Shown piece by piece: positions 36,048 to 45,361 of a stretch of 64,000 nucleotides of DNA. The DNA comes from Polaromonas sp. GTDB taxonomy: Bacteria > Pseudomonadota > Gammaproteobacteria > Burkholderiales > Burkholderiaceae_C. Position 1 is the stretch's first letter. The number at the start of each line of letters is the position of its first letter. The notes under the pieces were generated by a model that searched no databases, was not told the DNA's origin, and saw only the letters and a list, made by a program, of their open reading frames with translations. Position numbers and translations under genes: made by a program. The DNA lies in NCBI GenBank assembly GCA_013297865.1, contig JAAFIP010000015.1:31359-95358 (forward strand), given 5' to 3'.

Positions 36048-37541
36048 TTACGGCAGGGCCTTGCCCATGCCCTGCGCGCTGGGGCTCCAGCCGCCGCCCG
36101 CAGCGCGGTACAGGCTCAGCCAGGCGGCAACACGCTCGCGGTTGAGCGCCACTTCGCTTTGCTGCGCGGCTACGGCCGTGCGGCGTGCGTCTTCCAGCTC
36201 GACCAAGCTGGCCAATCCCGCGCGGTAGCGCGCCTGTGTGGCGTCCAGCGAGGCCTTGTAGCCTGCGGCTGCAGCCTGCACGCTGGTGGCTCGCTGGCCT
36301 GTGCTGTCCAGGTTGACCAGGGCTTCTTCCACTTCACGCACAGCGTTGCGCACCTTGGCACGCAGGGTGACCACGGCTTCGTCGTAGGCAGCCACGGCAG
36401 CCTGCGCGTTGGCAGCATTGCGCCCGCCGTCAAAAATCGGCACTGACAGCATCACCGGCCCCAGCGACCAGGTCACGCCCTCGGTGGTCATGCCCATCTG
36501 GCGCTGTGCACCCGCGCCTACACTGCCGCTGAGCGAGAGCATCGGCAGGCGGCGCGCCTGGGCGGCGTTGGCATCGGCGCTGGCTGCGGCCACACTGCGC
36601 TGGGCACTGGCAATGTCCGGGCGCTGCACCAGCACCTGCGCGGGCAGACTATTGATGCTGAACAAGGCGTTAGGCACGGTGATCTTCTGGGCCGTGGGCT
36701 GGTTGGCCATCAGCTTGGTGCGCAGGTCAGCCTCGGGCAGGCCGGTCAGTGCCACGAGCGCTTTGAGGCGCACCTCGCACTGGGCCTTGGCAGACTGCAA
36801 GGTATTGACCGCATCGGCCGCACTGGCCCGCGCCAGCTCAGCCGATGCAGGCGCGGCCAGGCCAGCCTTGGCTGTCAGGTCGGCCAGGCGCGCGGTCTCA
36901 GCGCGTGAGGTGGCATCGCTTTGGGCCACGGCGATGCTGCCCAGGCATGAATACCATTCGTAGTAAGCCACAGCGGTTTCAGCCGCCACGCTCACGCGCG
37001 CCTCGTGCCAGCCGATCTCTGCGCCCGCCAGGCGCTCCTGCGCTGCGCTGCTGCTGGCGCGGTTGGTGCCAAAAATATCTGCCTCCCACGAGGCTTGCAG
37101 AGCAATGCTGGCGCTGGTGCCCACAGGCGCATCGGGCGCCTGCACGCCGCGGCTGGCCTGGGCTGTGGCGTTCACGCCGGGCAACAAGGCAGCGCGTGCG
37201 CCAGTAGCTGCAGCGCGCGCCTGGGCCACACGCGCGCGCGCGCTGGCCAAGGTGGCGCTTTCCTTCTGGGCCGCGTCAATCATCTGTATCAGCAGGTTGT
37301 CGCCCAGCTGAGCCCACCACTGGGCCAGCTGCTCCATGCTGCCGCCATGGGGCAGTGTGGCCTGCCACTGCGCAGGTGCGCTGATCTGGCTGTCAGCGCG
37401 TGTCTGCTCTGCGTTAGGCAGGCCTGCCACGCTGGCGCAGCCTGCGAGCAAGGCCAGCAGCAGGGCGCTGGCACCACTGGCGGTGCGGCGCAGGGCGGGG
37501 GCGGGAGTCGCGGGGTTGTTTCGGTCAGTAGTTAATGGCAT
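36048..37541 (-). CDS. outer-membrane efflux lipoprotein (NodT/OprM family)
   Basis: Lipobox 'LLALLAGCASV', two OEP repeats, 497 aa. Confidence 0.9.
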   Translation of the reverse strand: MPLTTDRNNPATPAPALRRTASGASALLLALLAGCASVAGLPNAEQTRADSQISAPAQWQATLPHGGSMEQLAQWWAQLGDNLLIQMIDAAQKESATLASARARVAQARAAATGARAALLPGVNATAQASRGVQAPDAPVGTSASIALQASWEADIFGTNRASSSAAQERLAGAEIGWHEARVSVAAETAVAYYEWYSCLGSIAVAQSDATSRAETARLADLTAKAGLAAPASAELARASAADAVNTLQSAKAQCEVRLKALVALTGLPEADLRTKLMANQPTAQKITVPNALFSINSLPAQVLVQRPDIASAQRSVAAASADANAAQARRLPMLSLSGSVGAGAQRQMGMTTEGVTWSLGPVMLSVPIFDGGRNAANAQAAVAAYDEAVVTLRAKVRNAVREVEEALVNLDSTGQRATSVQAAAAGYKASLDATQARYRAGLASLVELEDARRTAVAAQQSEVALNRERVAAWLSLYRAAGGGWSPSAQGMGKALP

Positions 37542-37552
37542 TGCATATCCTT

Positions 37553-38215
37553 TCAGGCGACAGCCGCAGCGCGGCGCGCGCCTTCGGCGTCGATCATGGC
37601 GTGGGCATACATCACCAGCCGCTGGCCCATGGTATCCAGCGCTTTGGCGCCCGTCACTATGCGGGGGTGCAGCTTGAGGCTCAGCTCGCGCCCCACATAC
37701 ATATGCACGCCCAACGCCACAATCGCCAAGGCCAGGCGCACGATATCGTCATCGCTTTTCTTGACACCGTAGTGACGGCACAGTAGCTTGGTCAGCGCCG
37801 CGAGGTAAGGCTTGATGTCCTGATTAACCTCCTCTTCCCACAGATCGGTAGGCTCCACCATCTCTCGCATGTGCAGACGGATGCATTGCTGCACCAGCAC
37901 GTTTTGCTTCAAGGGTTCGATAAAGCCAAAGTACAGGCCCTGCAAGGCCTGCTCCAGGGTCAAACTCTCGCTGTCAAACAGGGCAATATCGTCCTTGGGG
38001 CTGCCCATCGGTTCGGTAAAGGCGGCGCGGTACAGCCCTGCCTTGTCACCAAAGTAGTAGCTGATGGCCGCAATGTTCACCCCCGCTTCATTGGCGATTT
38101 GGCGGGTGGAGGTCTTGCTGTAGCCATGCTCGGCAAAACACTGCACAGCGGCGTGCAAGAGGCGCAGACGGGATTCTTCGCCGTCGACCCTTGCGGGTAA
38201 GTGAGTAGTACGCAT
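37553..38215 (-). CDS. TetR-family transcriptional repressor
   Basis: HTH 'FAEHGYSKTSTRQIANEAGVNIAAISYYFGDK'. It is the first gene of the efflux operon. Confidence 0.9.
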   Translation of the reverse strand: MRTTHLPARVDGEESRLRLLHAAVQCFAEHGYSKTSTRQIANEAGVNIAAISYYFGDKAGLYRAAFTEPMGSPKDDIALFDSESLTLEQALQGLYFGFIEPLKQNVLVQQCIRLHMREMVEPTDLWEEEVNQDIKPYLAALTKLLCRHYGVKKSDDDIVRLALAIVALGVHMYVGRELSLKLHPRIVTGAKALDTMGQRLVMYAHAMIDAEGARRAAAVA

Positions 38216-38234
38216 GCAGACAGTGTAGCAAGTA

Positions 38235-38250
38235 AATCAATCGATTGATT
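38235..38250. promoter_or_regulatory. perfect 16-bp palindrome, candidate TetR operator
   Basis: AATCAATCGATTGATT lies 20 nt upstream of the tetR start codon in an AT-rich spacer. Confidence 0.5.
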
Positions 38251-38270
38251 AGTTTAATTGTAAAGAATTT

Positions 38271-38296
38271 AAAATTTTTGAAACCTCCCGAGGGGG
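38271..38296 (-). terminator. terminator-like hairpin after the mipA-like gene
   Basis: The minus strand reads CCCCC-TCG-GGAGG followed by TTTCAAAAATTTT, 33 nt after the stop at 38329. Confidence 0.45.
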
Positions 38297-38328
38297 CTCG
38301 CGCACCCTACGGGAGTCGGGGTCCATGC

Positions 38329-39252
38329 TTAAAATTTGTAGTTCACGCCAGCAGTGACAGTGGTCTGGGCTTTCTTCTGTACCAGGGGGCTTTTGGCAGC
38401 ATCGCCGCGCAGCTGGCTCACAGCCACACCCGCGTTGGCGGACCAGTTGGGTGTGAATTTGTATTCCCCGCCCACCGTCAGGCCCACACTCTTGATACCA
38501 GCGCCCGCATTGTAGGCTTTGAAGCTGCTGTTGGCAGCCTGCGCACTGGTGACACCAAAGTAAGCCTGGTTATATTTCTTGTCAGCCCAGACGATATTGG
38601 GCGAGAAGGACAAGGTGAAATTGCTGCTGATCTGCCAGGGAATGTCGGTGCTCAGCTCCACACGCGTGCCGCCATGGCCGCTCAGGCTGCGGTCTCTGGC
38701 GTTGGGCTTGCCGTCGCCAGCGCCCCTGACAACAGACAGCATGATGGGCACACCTGCATTGACGTGGCCAAACACACCATACTCTGCGGCTGACTTGATC
38801 TCGCCCATGCCCCGAAGGCGCTTGCTGCCCGGGCGAAACAAGGTGCCGTCTTTGTTGTCAACACGCCCGGTGTTGGCGCCCAAGGTGATGCCGAAAGAGT
38901 AATCTTCTTTGTCAATGATGGTCCAGGCGGCGCCCAGGCCTTTGCCTCCGAGCGAAAACGTGCCATAGTCCTGTGTCTTGTAGCTGATGCTCAGGCTGGG
39001 GGCCAGCCCGGTGACCGTTTTGCTCGCGCCTTCGTACTCTGGCGTGGACACCACCGACGCACCGATGGACACATCCCAGGGGCCGGTGTCTTTTTTCTTT
39101 TCTGCGCTTTGGGCCAGCGCAGACTGTGCTGCCAGAGCCAGCACCAAGGCCAGGCCCAGGCCAGCGCGTGCGCGCGAAGGCGCCAAACCAAGCTGCGCCA
39201 GACCACGGCGTGCGGGGACAGATGTCGAGAGATAAGGCATAGATAGCTCCAA
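38329..39252 (-). CDS. MipA/OmpV-family outer-membrane protein
   Basis: Signal peptide ending 'ALAQS', alternating beta-strand pattern, and a C-terminal 'TAGVNYKF' aromatic terminus. Confidence 0.8.
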   Translation of the reverse strand: MELSMPYLSTSVPARRGLAQLGLAPSRARAGLGLALVLALAAQSALAQSAEKKKDTGPWDVSIGASVVSTPEYEGASKTVTGLAPSLSISYKTQDYGTFSLGGKGLGAAWTIIDKEDYSFGITLGANTGRVDNKDGTLFRPGSKRLRGMGEIKSAAEYGVFGHVNAGVPIMLSVVRGAGDGKPNARDRSLSGHGGTRVELSTDIPWQISSNFTLSFSPNIVWADKKYNQAYFGVTSAQAANSSFKAYNAGAGIKSVGLTVGGEYKFTPNWSANAGVAVSQLRGDAAKSPLVQKKAQTTVTAGVNYKF

Positions 39253-39305
39253 AAAAGTAAGATCGCTATCGTAGAAATGGGCGGATAAAAGTACCTTGGT
39301 ACTCG

Positions 39306-39354
39306 CTTAAACAGGTTTAATGCGAACTTAAGCAAGCTTCGATTACATTTTTAA
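39306..39354 (+). promoter_or_regulatory. phased yTTAA direct repeats in the mipA / response-regulator divergent spacer
   Basis: CTTAA (39306), TTTAA (39316), CTTAA (39327) and TTTAA (39350). The 10-11-nt phasing is typical of OmpR/PhoB-family sites. Confidence 0.3.
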
Positions 39355-39357
39355 GTT

Positions 39358-40020
39358 ATGCGACTGCTACTTCTTGAAGATGATCTGCAACTGGGCAAAG
39401 CCCTGCAGACCGCCCTGGGCCAGAGCGGGTTTCAGACCGTGTGGGTGCGGCGCGTGCAAGAAGCCAAAGCCCTGCTCGCCAGCGAGTCGTATGGCGCTGT
39501 GTTGCTGGACATCGGCCTGCCCGACGGCTCGGGTCTGGATGTGCTGGCCTGGCTGCGCAAAAGCGGCAGCGGCGTGCCGGTGGTCATGCTCACAGCCCGC
39601 GACAGCATCAACGACCGCATTGAAGGCTTGGACATGGGCGCTGACGACTATATGCCCAAGCCATTTGCCATCCCCGAGCTGGTCTCGCGTATCCATGCCA
39701 TCAGCCGGCGCAGCGCAGGCTTTGCCGAAGAGGTCTGGCGCATTGGCCAGCTCAGCTTGGAGCCTGCCAAACACCGTGCCAGCCTGGCCGAGGTGCCGCT
39801 GGAGCTGTCGCTGCGCGAATACACCCTGCTGCTGGAGCTGGCCAAAAGCGCGGGCCGCTACGTGACCCGCAGCAAGCTGGAGCAGGCGGTGTTCAGTGCC
39901 CAGACCGACATCGAGAGCAACGCGCTGGAGGTGCACATCCACCATCTGCGCAAAAAACTCGGTGCCCAGCGCATACAGACCATTCGCGGCGTCGGCTATT
40001 TACTGATGGAGCAACCATGA
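39358..40020 (+). CDS. OmpR/PhoB-family response regulator
   Basis: Receiver 'MRLLLLEDD...VLLDIGLPDGSG' plus a C-terminal wHTH 'LEVHIHHLRKKLG...IQTIRGVGYLL'. Confidence 0.9.
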   Translation: MRLLLLEDDLQLGKALQTALGQSGFQTVWVRRVQEAKALLASESYGAVLLDIGLPDGSGLDVLAWLRKSGSGVPVVMLTARDSINDRIEGLDMGADDYMPKPFAIPELVSRIHAISRRSAGFAEEVWRIGQLSLEPAKHRASLAEVPLELSLREYTLLLELAKSAGRYVTRSKLEQAVFSAQTDIESNALEVHIHHLRKKLGAQRIQTIRGVGYLLMEQP

Positions 40021-41423
40021 ACTTCTTCGTTCCCAGCCTGACACGGCGCATGGTCATTGGCGAGGTGATCGCCGTGGTGGTGTTTTCGCTGCTTTTGGTG
40101 GGCAATCTGCTGTGGGAGTTCATCAGGCAGGGCGAGGGCGAGCTTGACAAACAGCTGTTGTATTCAGCCAAGGCAACCGCCATGGCCGCACGCGCAGAGG
40201 CCAGCACACCGCTGGAGATGCAAATCGTTCTGCGCGGCCTGGAAACTGCAACACGTGAAGCGATAGCCTTGATCAAGAAGGATCGAGGAGAAGACCCCAA
40301 AACAGCGGCTTATGCCACGCGTATCACCGACCTGGAAGGCCGGGAAATCCATGTCACACCAGGCTACGAGCAACTGCCCATTGATCCGCAGGCGACGAAG
40401 GCTTACGACTTTCAGTACGATGGGCAGCGCTGGCGCGGGCTGAAATATCGCGCTGTAGAGCAGAACATGGTGGTCCATATAGCGCAAAGCACGGAATACA
40501 TCAGCACCGAGATGTGGACCCTGATCAAGACCTATATTATGTGGCCGCTGCTGTGGTTTTTGCCGTTGGCCTACATCACCAGCTGGCTGATGGTGTCGCG
40601 TGGCCTGCAGCCACTGCGGCGCCTCGCCGACAGCATTGCACGGCGCAACCCCAATGACCTGAGCCCCCTGGCCCATACGGCAATGCACACAGAAACCAAG
40701 CCCCTGGTGCAGGAAATCAATTCCCTGCTGTTCAAGCTCAACACTACGCTCAGCCGCGAGCGCAATTTTCTGGCCGATGCCGCGCATGAGCTGCGCACGC
40801 CGCTGGCAGTGATCCAGGCCCAGGTGCATGTGCTGCGTAATGCGCGCAACGAGGCCGACAAGGCCAGCGCTTCGGACGAGCTCAATATCGGTATCGAGCG
40901 CGCGGCCAGTTTGATCCAGAAGCTACTGCTGACTGCCAAGGTGAGCGTAGAGCACTTTGCCCCTCGTCTGGAGACGGTGGACCTGGTGTCGTTTGTGCAA
41001 GAGCGCATGGCCATGCTGTCGGTGCTGGCTGCCAACAAGCAGATTGACATGGAGCTGCAGGCGCCGCTGCAGTGCTTTATCCAGCTGGACCGCGAGACCT
41101 TTGTCTCTGCGGTGGATAACGTGCTGGACAACGCCATTCGCTACACCCCTGCTAACGGCCAGATCCAGGTGAGCATCGAGTCCGTGGGCACGGGCCAGGT
41201 GTGTGTGCGCGTGGCCGACAGCGGCGTGGGCATAGCGCCTGAGCTGCACGAGCGTGTATTTGAGCGCTTTTTCCGCATCACTGGCACCGAGCAGCAAGGC
41301 AGCGGGCTGGGCCTGGCGATTGTGAAAAAAGTGCTGGCGCTGCATGGCGGCAAGGTCGCCCTGCTGCCTGGCCTGAACCAGCGCGGCCTGGCGGTGGAGC
41401 TGACCATGCCGTTGGCTGGTTAG
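40017..41423 (+). CDS. sensor histidine kinase (periplasmic sensor, HisKA/HATPase_c)
   Basis: H-box 'FLADAAHELRTPLAVI', N-box 'VLDNAIRYTP' and G-boxes 'DSGVGI...GSGLGLAIV'. ATGA overlap with the response regulator gene. Confidence 0.9.
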   Translation: MNFFVPSLTRRMVIGEVIAVVVFSLLLVGNLLWEFIRQGEGELDKQLLYSAKATAMAARAEASTPLEMQIVLRGLETATREAIALIKKDRGEDPKTAAYATRITDLEGREIHVTPGYEQLPIDPQATKAYDFQYDGQRWRGLKYRAVEQNMVVHIAQSTEYISTEMWTLIKTYIMWPLLWFLPLAYITSWLMVSRGLQPLRRLADSIARRNPNDLSPLAHTAMHTETKPLVQEINSLLFKLNTTLSRERNFLADAAHELRTPLAVIQAQVHVLRNARNEADKASASDELNIGIERAASLIQKLLLTAKVSVEHFAPRLETVDLVSFVQERMAMLSVLAANKQIDMELQAPLQCFIQLDRETFVSAVDNVLDNAIRYTPANGQIQVSIESVGTGQVCVRVADSGVGIAPELHERVFERFFRITGTEQQGSGLGLAIVKKVLALHGGKVALLPGLNQRGLAVELTMPLAG

Positions 41424-41449
41424 GTCTTGCTCACCAACCGCGCTGGCAA

Positions 41450-43189
41450 TTACTTCAGAGCACTCCAGGCGGCATAGTCTTTGGGGTAGGCCTCTTTGTA
41501 GCGGGCCAGGTGGGCCATGGCCACATCGTCAAAGTGCAGCATCGTGGCCGACTCGATCAGCGCCTCAATCACCCGCGGCTCGGGCGAATAGTGCACCAGG
41601 TCCAGCGACAGCCGCAGCACATGCACCGCGGTTTGCGGTGTGAGTGGCGTGGTCACCAGCTCGGCAAACTGCGCCTGCCGCCTGAACAGCCAGCTGCGCT
41701 GCGCCGCGGCCATCACATCGCCCTCGTAGCGCGCGCTGCGTTGCTCCACGGGCAGGTAGATCTGGCTCACGCGGTGGTAGTCAAAGGCAGCATAGAGCGT
41801 AAAACACAATAACCCAATTGCTATGCTTTTAATAGCTGCTCCCGCGATATTCCATTGGCCTGCAGCCCTATTTTGTATATAAAAGCCCTTCCCAGAAGGC
41901 GCTGCAGCCGCTGCTGGGGCCAGCAGCAGCCCCAGGCACAGCCCCAGCGTCATCAAAAACGGCCCATACCACAGCGGATACTCCACCATGCTGTGCAGCG
42001 CCAGCAGCGCCAGCACACCCCAGGCCAGCTGGCGTGCAGCGTCTGCCTCGCGCCAGGGCGCAGCGCGCCACACCCACCAGGCCAGCGTGCCACAAAACAG
42101 CAGCGCAAAGGGCAGGCCCAGCTCGACGGCCAGGTGCAGCGGCAGGTTGTGGGCATTGTCCAGCAGGTCCATAAAACGCACGCCCTCCTGCGTGCCAAAG
42201 CTGGTGGCGTAGTGTGCATAGGCCAGCTCCCGCCAGCCCCAGCCCAGCCAGGGCTTTTGCGCAATCAGCTCGATCACATTGCTGTACAGCGCCACCCGCC
42301 CGCTGCCCGTGCTGTCCTGCATGCGCGAGAGCACACCACTGGAGGTGTTACCCACCACATCAGCAAACCAAGGCATCAGCGCCACCGCCACCGCATAGAT
42401 CAGCATGCTGCCCCAGGCCAGACGCTTCACCTGCGCCGACAGGCTGCCGCGCCACAGCCACACCAGCGCCCCGATCAGCAGCCACTGCAACGCCCCCGTG
42501 CGCGAGCTAGACAGCGCATTGCCCAGCGCCAGTGCGCCAGCTGCCAGCCACGGCCAGTAGCCCATCCCTTCGCGCCCCGCAGAGAGCTGCCGCAAATACA
42601 AAAGTGCCAACAGCCCCATGCCACACAGCGTAGCAAACTGATTACGCTGGCGCAGATTCGCATAGGCCGTGCCATCACCCGACACGCTGATCCACGGCGC
42701 AAACCAGTGCTCCACGCGCAAGTATTGGCACAGTGCCATCGCCACACTCACCAGCGCCACTACCAGCCAGGTGCGGGCCAGCCCAGGTAGCGCAACAGCC
42801 TGCCCCATGCTCCACAACTCTACGTCCCGTTGCGTCACATCCTGCCGCATCGGCCCCGCTGCGCCAGCTTGCTCTTGCCCTATACAAAGCCCCACAAACA
42901 GCATCAGCCCCACACTAGCCCAAGCCAGCAAAGTCGCCAGATTCTCCGCCCCCGCCCCCACCGAGCGCCCATGCAGCACAAAAAACAGTGCACACCCTAG
43001 CCCCAACACCATCGCCCCCCGCGGCTGCGCCACTGTACGCTGCCCCACAAGCGCCAGCCAGGCAGCACAGCCCACACACAGCAGCGACACCAACCAAGGC
43101 ACCATCGCCGCCGATGGTCCAGGCGCAAAAGGACTCAGCCAGGGCAGAGCCAGTACAGTAAAAAATAAAGAAGTGCGCAGCGAGGTCAT
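41450..43189 (-). CDS. PglL/PilO-type O-antigen ligase-like O-oligosaccharyltransferase (Wzy_C plus C-terminal Wzy_C_2-like domain)
   Basis: About 12 TM helices, a periplasmic-loop region 'SSRTGALQW', and a C-terminal soluble domain 'YHRVSQIY...LVHYSPEPRVIEALIESA'. It sits next to the pilin genes. Carries repeat copy 9. Confidence 0.8.
   Translation of the reverse strand: MTSLRTSLFFTVLALPWLSPFAPGPSAAMVPWLVSLLCVGCAAWLALVGQRTVAQPRGAMVLGLGCALFFVLHGRSVGAGAENLATLLAWASVGLMLFVGLCIGQEQAGAAGPMRQDVTQRDVELWSMGQAVALPGLARTWLVVALVSVAMALCQYLRVEHWFAPWISVSGDGTAYANLRQRNQFATLCGMGLLALLYLRQLSAGREGMGYWPWLAAGALALGNALSSSRTGALQWLLIGALVWLWRGSLSAQVKRLAWGSMLIYAVAVALMPWFADVVGNTSSGVLSRMQDSTGSGRVALYSNVIELIAQKPWLGWGWRELAYAHYATSFGTQEGVRFMDLLDNAHNLPLHLAVELGLPFALLFCGTLAWWVWRAAPWREADAARQLAWGVLALLALHSMVEYPLWYGPFLMTLGLCLGLLLAPAAAAAPSGKGFYIQNRAAGQWNIAGAAIKSIAIGLLCFTLYAAFDYHRVSQIYLPVEQRSARYEGDVMAAAQRSWLFRRQAQFAELVTTPLTPQTAVHVLRLSLDLVHYSPEPRVIEALIESATMLHFDDVAMAHLARYKEAYPKDYAAWSALK
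41820..41867 (-). repeat. dispersed repeat copy 9 (subfamily A, closest to consensus), inside the PglL-like gene
   Basis: 'GCTATGCTTTTAATAGCTGCTCCCGCGATATTCCATTGGCCTGCAGCC'. Read in the gene's sense it encodes 'AAGQWNIAGAAIKSIA'. Confidence 0.9.
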
Positions 43190-43264
43190 GTCCCAAGTCT
43201 AACCATGCCGGTCAATACATCGCTGCAAAACTTACGGCGGGCGACTAACACTCGCTAGGGGATG

Positions 43265-44053
43265 TTAGAAACCATCAATTGGGGCATAGGCCAAGGGCAA
43301 AGCGGTTTTAGCGTCAATAAAAGCAACCCAATCTGCAGTTTTAAAGCTTGTTACTGGGATATAGAGCAAACTGCTTTCTGCAACGCCACTATCGATAACT
43401 GTTTGATCAATCAAGCGAGAGGCCTCTGGGCGTTTGGCACGCAAATTTGCAATAGATTTTGCACGACTCAAAACTTGATTTCGACTTAACTCGTAACTTT
43501 GCCACCAGTCTGGTCGTACTGCTTCGTCTTGGCCCTGAAACGCTAGATCCAAACTTTTCGCCCTTTCAAGGGGATCTTTGGCACTACGTACCCCAATTAA
43601 TTTGGGCCCAAATATCGGTAACTTATGGAAGCCGCCTAGTTCAGGTTTAAGTTGCCCCTCTGGAATATCTGCTCTAGACACCACTCTTAAGCGGTCAACT
43701 TCATGGACTAGGTAAACAGGGCGCGCTAAATATACGGTATACAGACCATAAACCAAAGCGGCCATCTGAATAACTGCCACTATGCCCAGATCTCGAATAA
43801 GCTCACCGCGTGGTTTGGCAGGATTAAACAAAACAAATGTAAGCAACGGGCCACACACCACGTCCACCGAGATAATCAGTACAAACAACTCTCTGCCACC
43901 CGATAACTCACGGTAAGGGTAGGGATACCAAACGCCAAATACCAATACACCTGCAAAAAAAGCTACCAGCAAGCTGAGAAAGAGATGCCAAGCTGCAGCT
44001 TTTAAAGAATACTTAAGGCGCGTATTGAATATATTACTGACCAACAACTGCAT
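43265..44053 (-). CDS. TfpX/TfpZ (FimB)-family type IV pilin accessory protein
   Basis: 'VFGVWYPYPYRELSGG...ISVDVVCGPLLTFVLFNPAKPRGEL...ALVYGLYTVYLARP' matches my memory of this membrane protein family, which is encoded downstream of group III-V pilins. GC is low, about 42%. Confidence 0.75.
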   Translation of the reverse strand: MQLLVSNIFNTRLKYSLKAAAWHLFLSLLVAFFAGVLVFGVWYPYPYRELSGGRELFVLIISVDVVCGPLLTFVLFNPAKPRGELIRDLGIVAVIQMAALVYGLYTVYLARPVYLVHEVDRLRVVSRADIPEGQLKPELGGFHKLPIFGPKLIGVRSAKDPLERAKSLDLAFQGQDEAVRPDWWQSYELSRNQVLSRAKSIANLRAKRPEASRLIDQTVIDSGVAESSLLYIPVTSFKTADWVAFIDAKTALPLAYAPIDGF

Positions 44054-44101
44054 ACAAACTAAGACTGGTTTTCAAATTCATAATGTAGTTGTGAGTTTAC
44101 T

Positions 44102-44668
44102 TTAACGGCATTGTGCAGGCACGTACTTAGCTCGTACGGCAGTAGCACCTAATGCTGCAGGAATCACACCTGTACCAGCAAACTGAGCAGTAGCGGTTGC
44201 ATTTGTTTCAGAAACACATGCAAAGTCTATATCACCTGAAACTTGTGTTGCAGGTGTCAATGCAGTTAGCAGCGTCACAGCAGTTCCTGTTCCAGTGCGA
44301 ACGATCGGATGAATTTGAATCAGGCGCTCACCTGCTTTAATACCAACGCTAACGTCGTTGTACTGAATTGTCATGATACCGGTTGTAGTAGAACCTTGGA
44401 TGTTGTTAACGAACTTGCTGGTTGCACCAGTACCACCAGATTGGTTGTTAAAAGTTGTCATGGCTCCTGCCAAATCGGCAGCGGTAACCGCGCCGTAAGT
44501 AACTATGCCCTTCTTCAAAGGCTCAACCAAGCTCAAACCCTCAGTGATACGTGCGCGGATGGTGTAGTCTTGGTACGCGGGCAATGCAATAGCAGCCAAT
44601 ATACCAATAATCGCTACAACTATCATCAGTTCGATCAGGGTAAAGCCCTTTTGCAATAAACGTTTCAT
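44102..44668 (-). CDS. pilA: type IVa major pilin, paralog 2
   Basis: Class III signal '[35 protein letters not shown]' and a C-terminal Cys pair (disulfide loop). About 92% aa identity to paralog 1. Confidence 0.9.
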   Translation of the reverse strand: MKRLLQKGFTLIELMIVVAIIGILAAIALPAYQDYTIRARITEGLSLVEPLKKGIVTYGAVTAADLAGAMTTFNNQSGGTGATSKFVNNIQGSTTTGIMTIQYNDVSVGIKAGERLIQIHPIVRTGTGTAVTLLTALTPATQVSGDIDFACVSETNATATAQFAGTGVIPAALGATAVRAKYVPAQCR

Positions 44669-44688
44669 AATTAGCTCCAAGCAGTCAT

Positions 44689-44714
44689 TAAAAAAAAGAG
44701 CGCCTAAGCGCTCT
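44689..44714 (-). terminator. rho-independent terminator between the two pilin genes
   Basis: The minus strand reads AGAGCGC-TTAG-GCGCTCT followed by T8. It starts 26 nt after the paralog 1 stop. Confidence 0.8.
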
Positions 44715-44739
44715 TTTCAAGTAGAAACTATATTAGAGA

Positions 44740-45306
44740 TTAGCGGCATTGTGCAGGTACGTACTTGGCACGCACGGCAGTAGCGCCTAATGCTGCAGGG
44801 ATTACACCTGTACCAGCAAACTGAGCCGTAGCTGTAGCATTGGTTTCAGATACACATGCAAAGTCCACAGTACCCGATACTTGTGTTGCAGGTGTCAATG
44901 CAGTCTGCAAGGTCACAGCAGTACCTGTACCAGTGCGGACAATCGGATGAATTTGAATCAGGCGCTCAGCGGCTTTGATACCTACATTACCGTCGTTATA
45001 CTGAATCACCATAATACCGGTAGTAGTAGAACCTTGAATGTTGTTAACGAACTTGCTGGTTGCACCAGTACCACCAGATTGGTTGTTAAATGTTGTCATG
45101 GTTCCTGCCAAATCGGCAGCGGTAGAAGCGCCGTCCGTAGCTAAGGATTTCTTCAGAGGCTCAACCAAGCTCAAACCTTCAGTGATACGTGCACGGATGG
45201 TGTAGTCTTGATAAGCTGGCAGAGCAATAGCAGCCAAAATACCGATAATCGCCACAACGATCATCAATTCGATCAGGGTGAAACCCTTTTGCAGAGTACG
45301 CTTCAT
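44740..45306 (-). CDS. pilA: type IVa major pilin, paralog 1 (promoter-proximal)
   Basis: '[35 protein letters not shown]'; 188 aa; SD 'ctggaga'; sigma-54 promoter immediately upstream. Confidence 0.9.
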   Translation of the reverse strand: MKRTLQKGFTLIELMIVVAIIGILAAIALPAYQDYTIRARITEGLSLVEPLKKSLATDGASTAADLAGTMTTFNNQSGGTGATSKFVNNIQGSTTTGIMVIQYNDGNVGIKAAERLIQIHPIVRTGTGTAVTLQTALTPATQVSGTVDFACVSETNATATAQFAGTGVIPAALGATAVRAKYVPAQCR

Positions 45307-45344
45307 AAAAAAATCTCCAGGTTGGTTAAGAAAGCGATATCTAT

Positions 45345-45361
45345 TTGCAAGTGGTGTGCCA
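45345..45361 (-). promoter_or_regulatory. sigma-54 (-24/-12) promoter of pilA paralog 1
   Basis: The minus strand reads TGGCAC-ACCAC-TTGCA, an exact match to the TGGCAC-N5-TTGCW consensus and spacing, 39 nt upstream of the ATG. Confidence 0.85.

Noticed and set aside
40442-40483. Possible 12th, degenerate repeat copy inside the histidine kinase gene (GAAATATCGCGCTGTAGAGCAGAAC...CCATATAGCG)
   Set aside because: It shares only the AAATATCGCG and AGAGCAG/ATAGC pieces and has extra inserted bases, so it cannot be distinguished from chance without a genome-wide profile.
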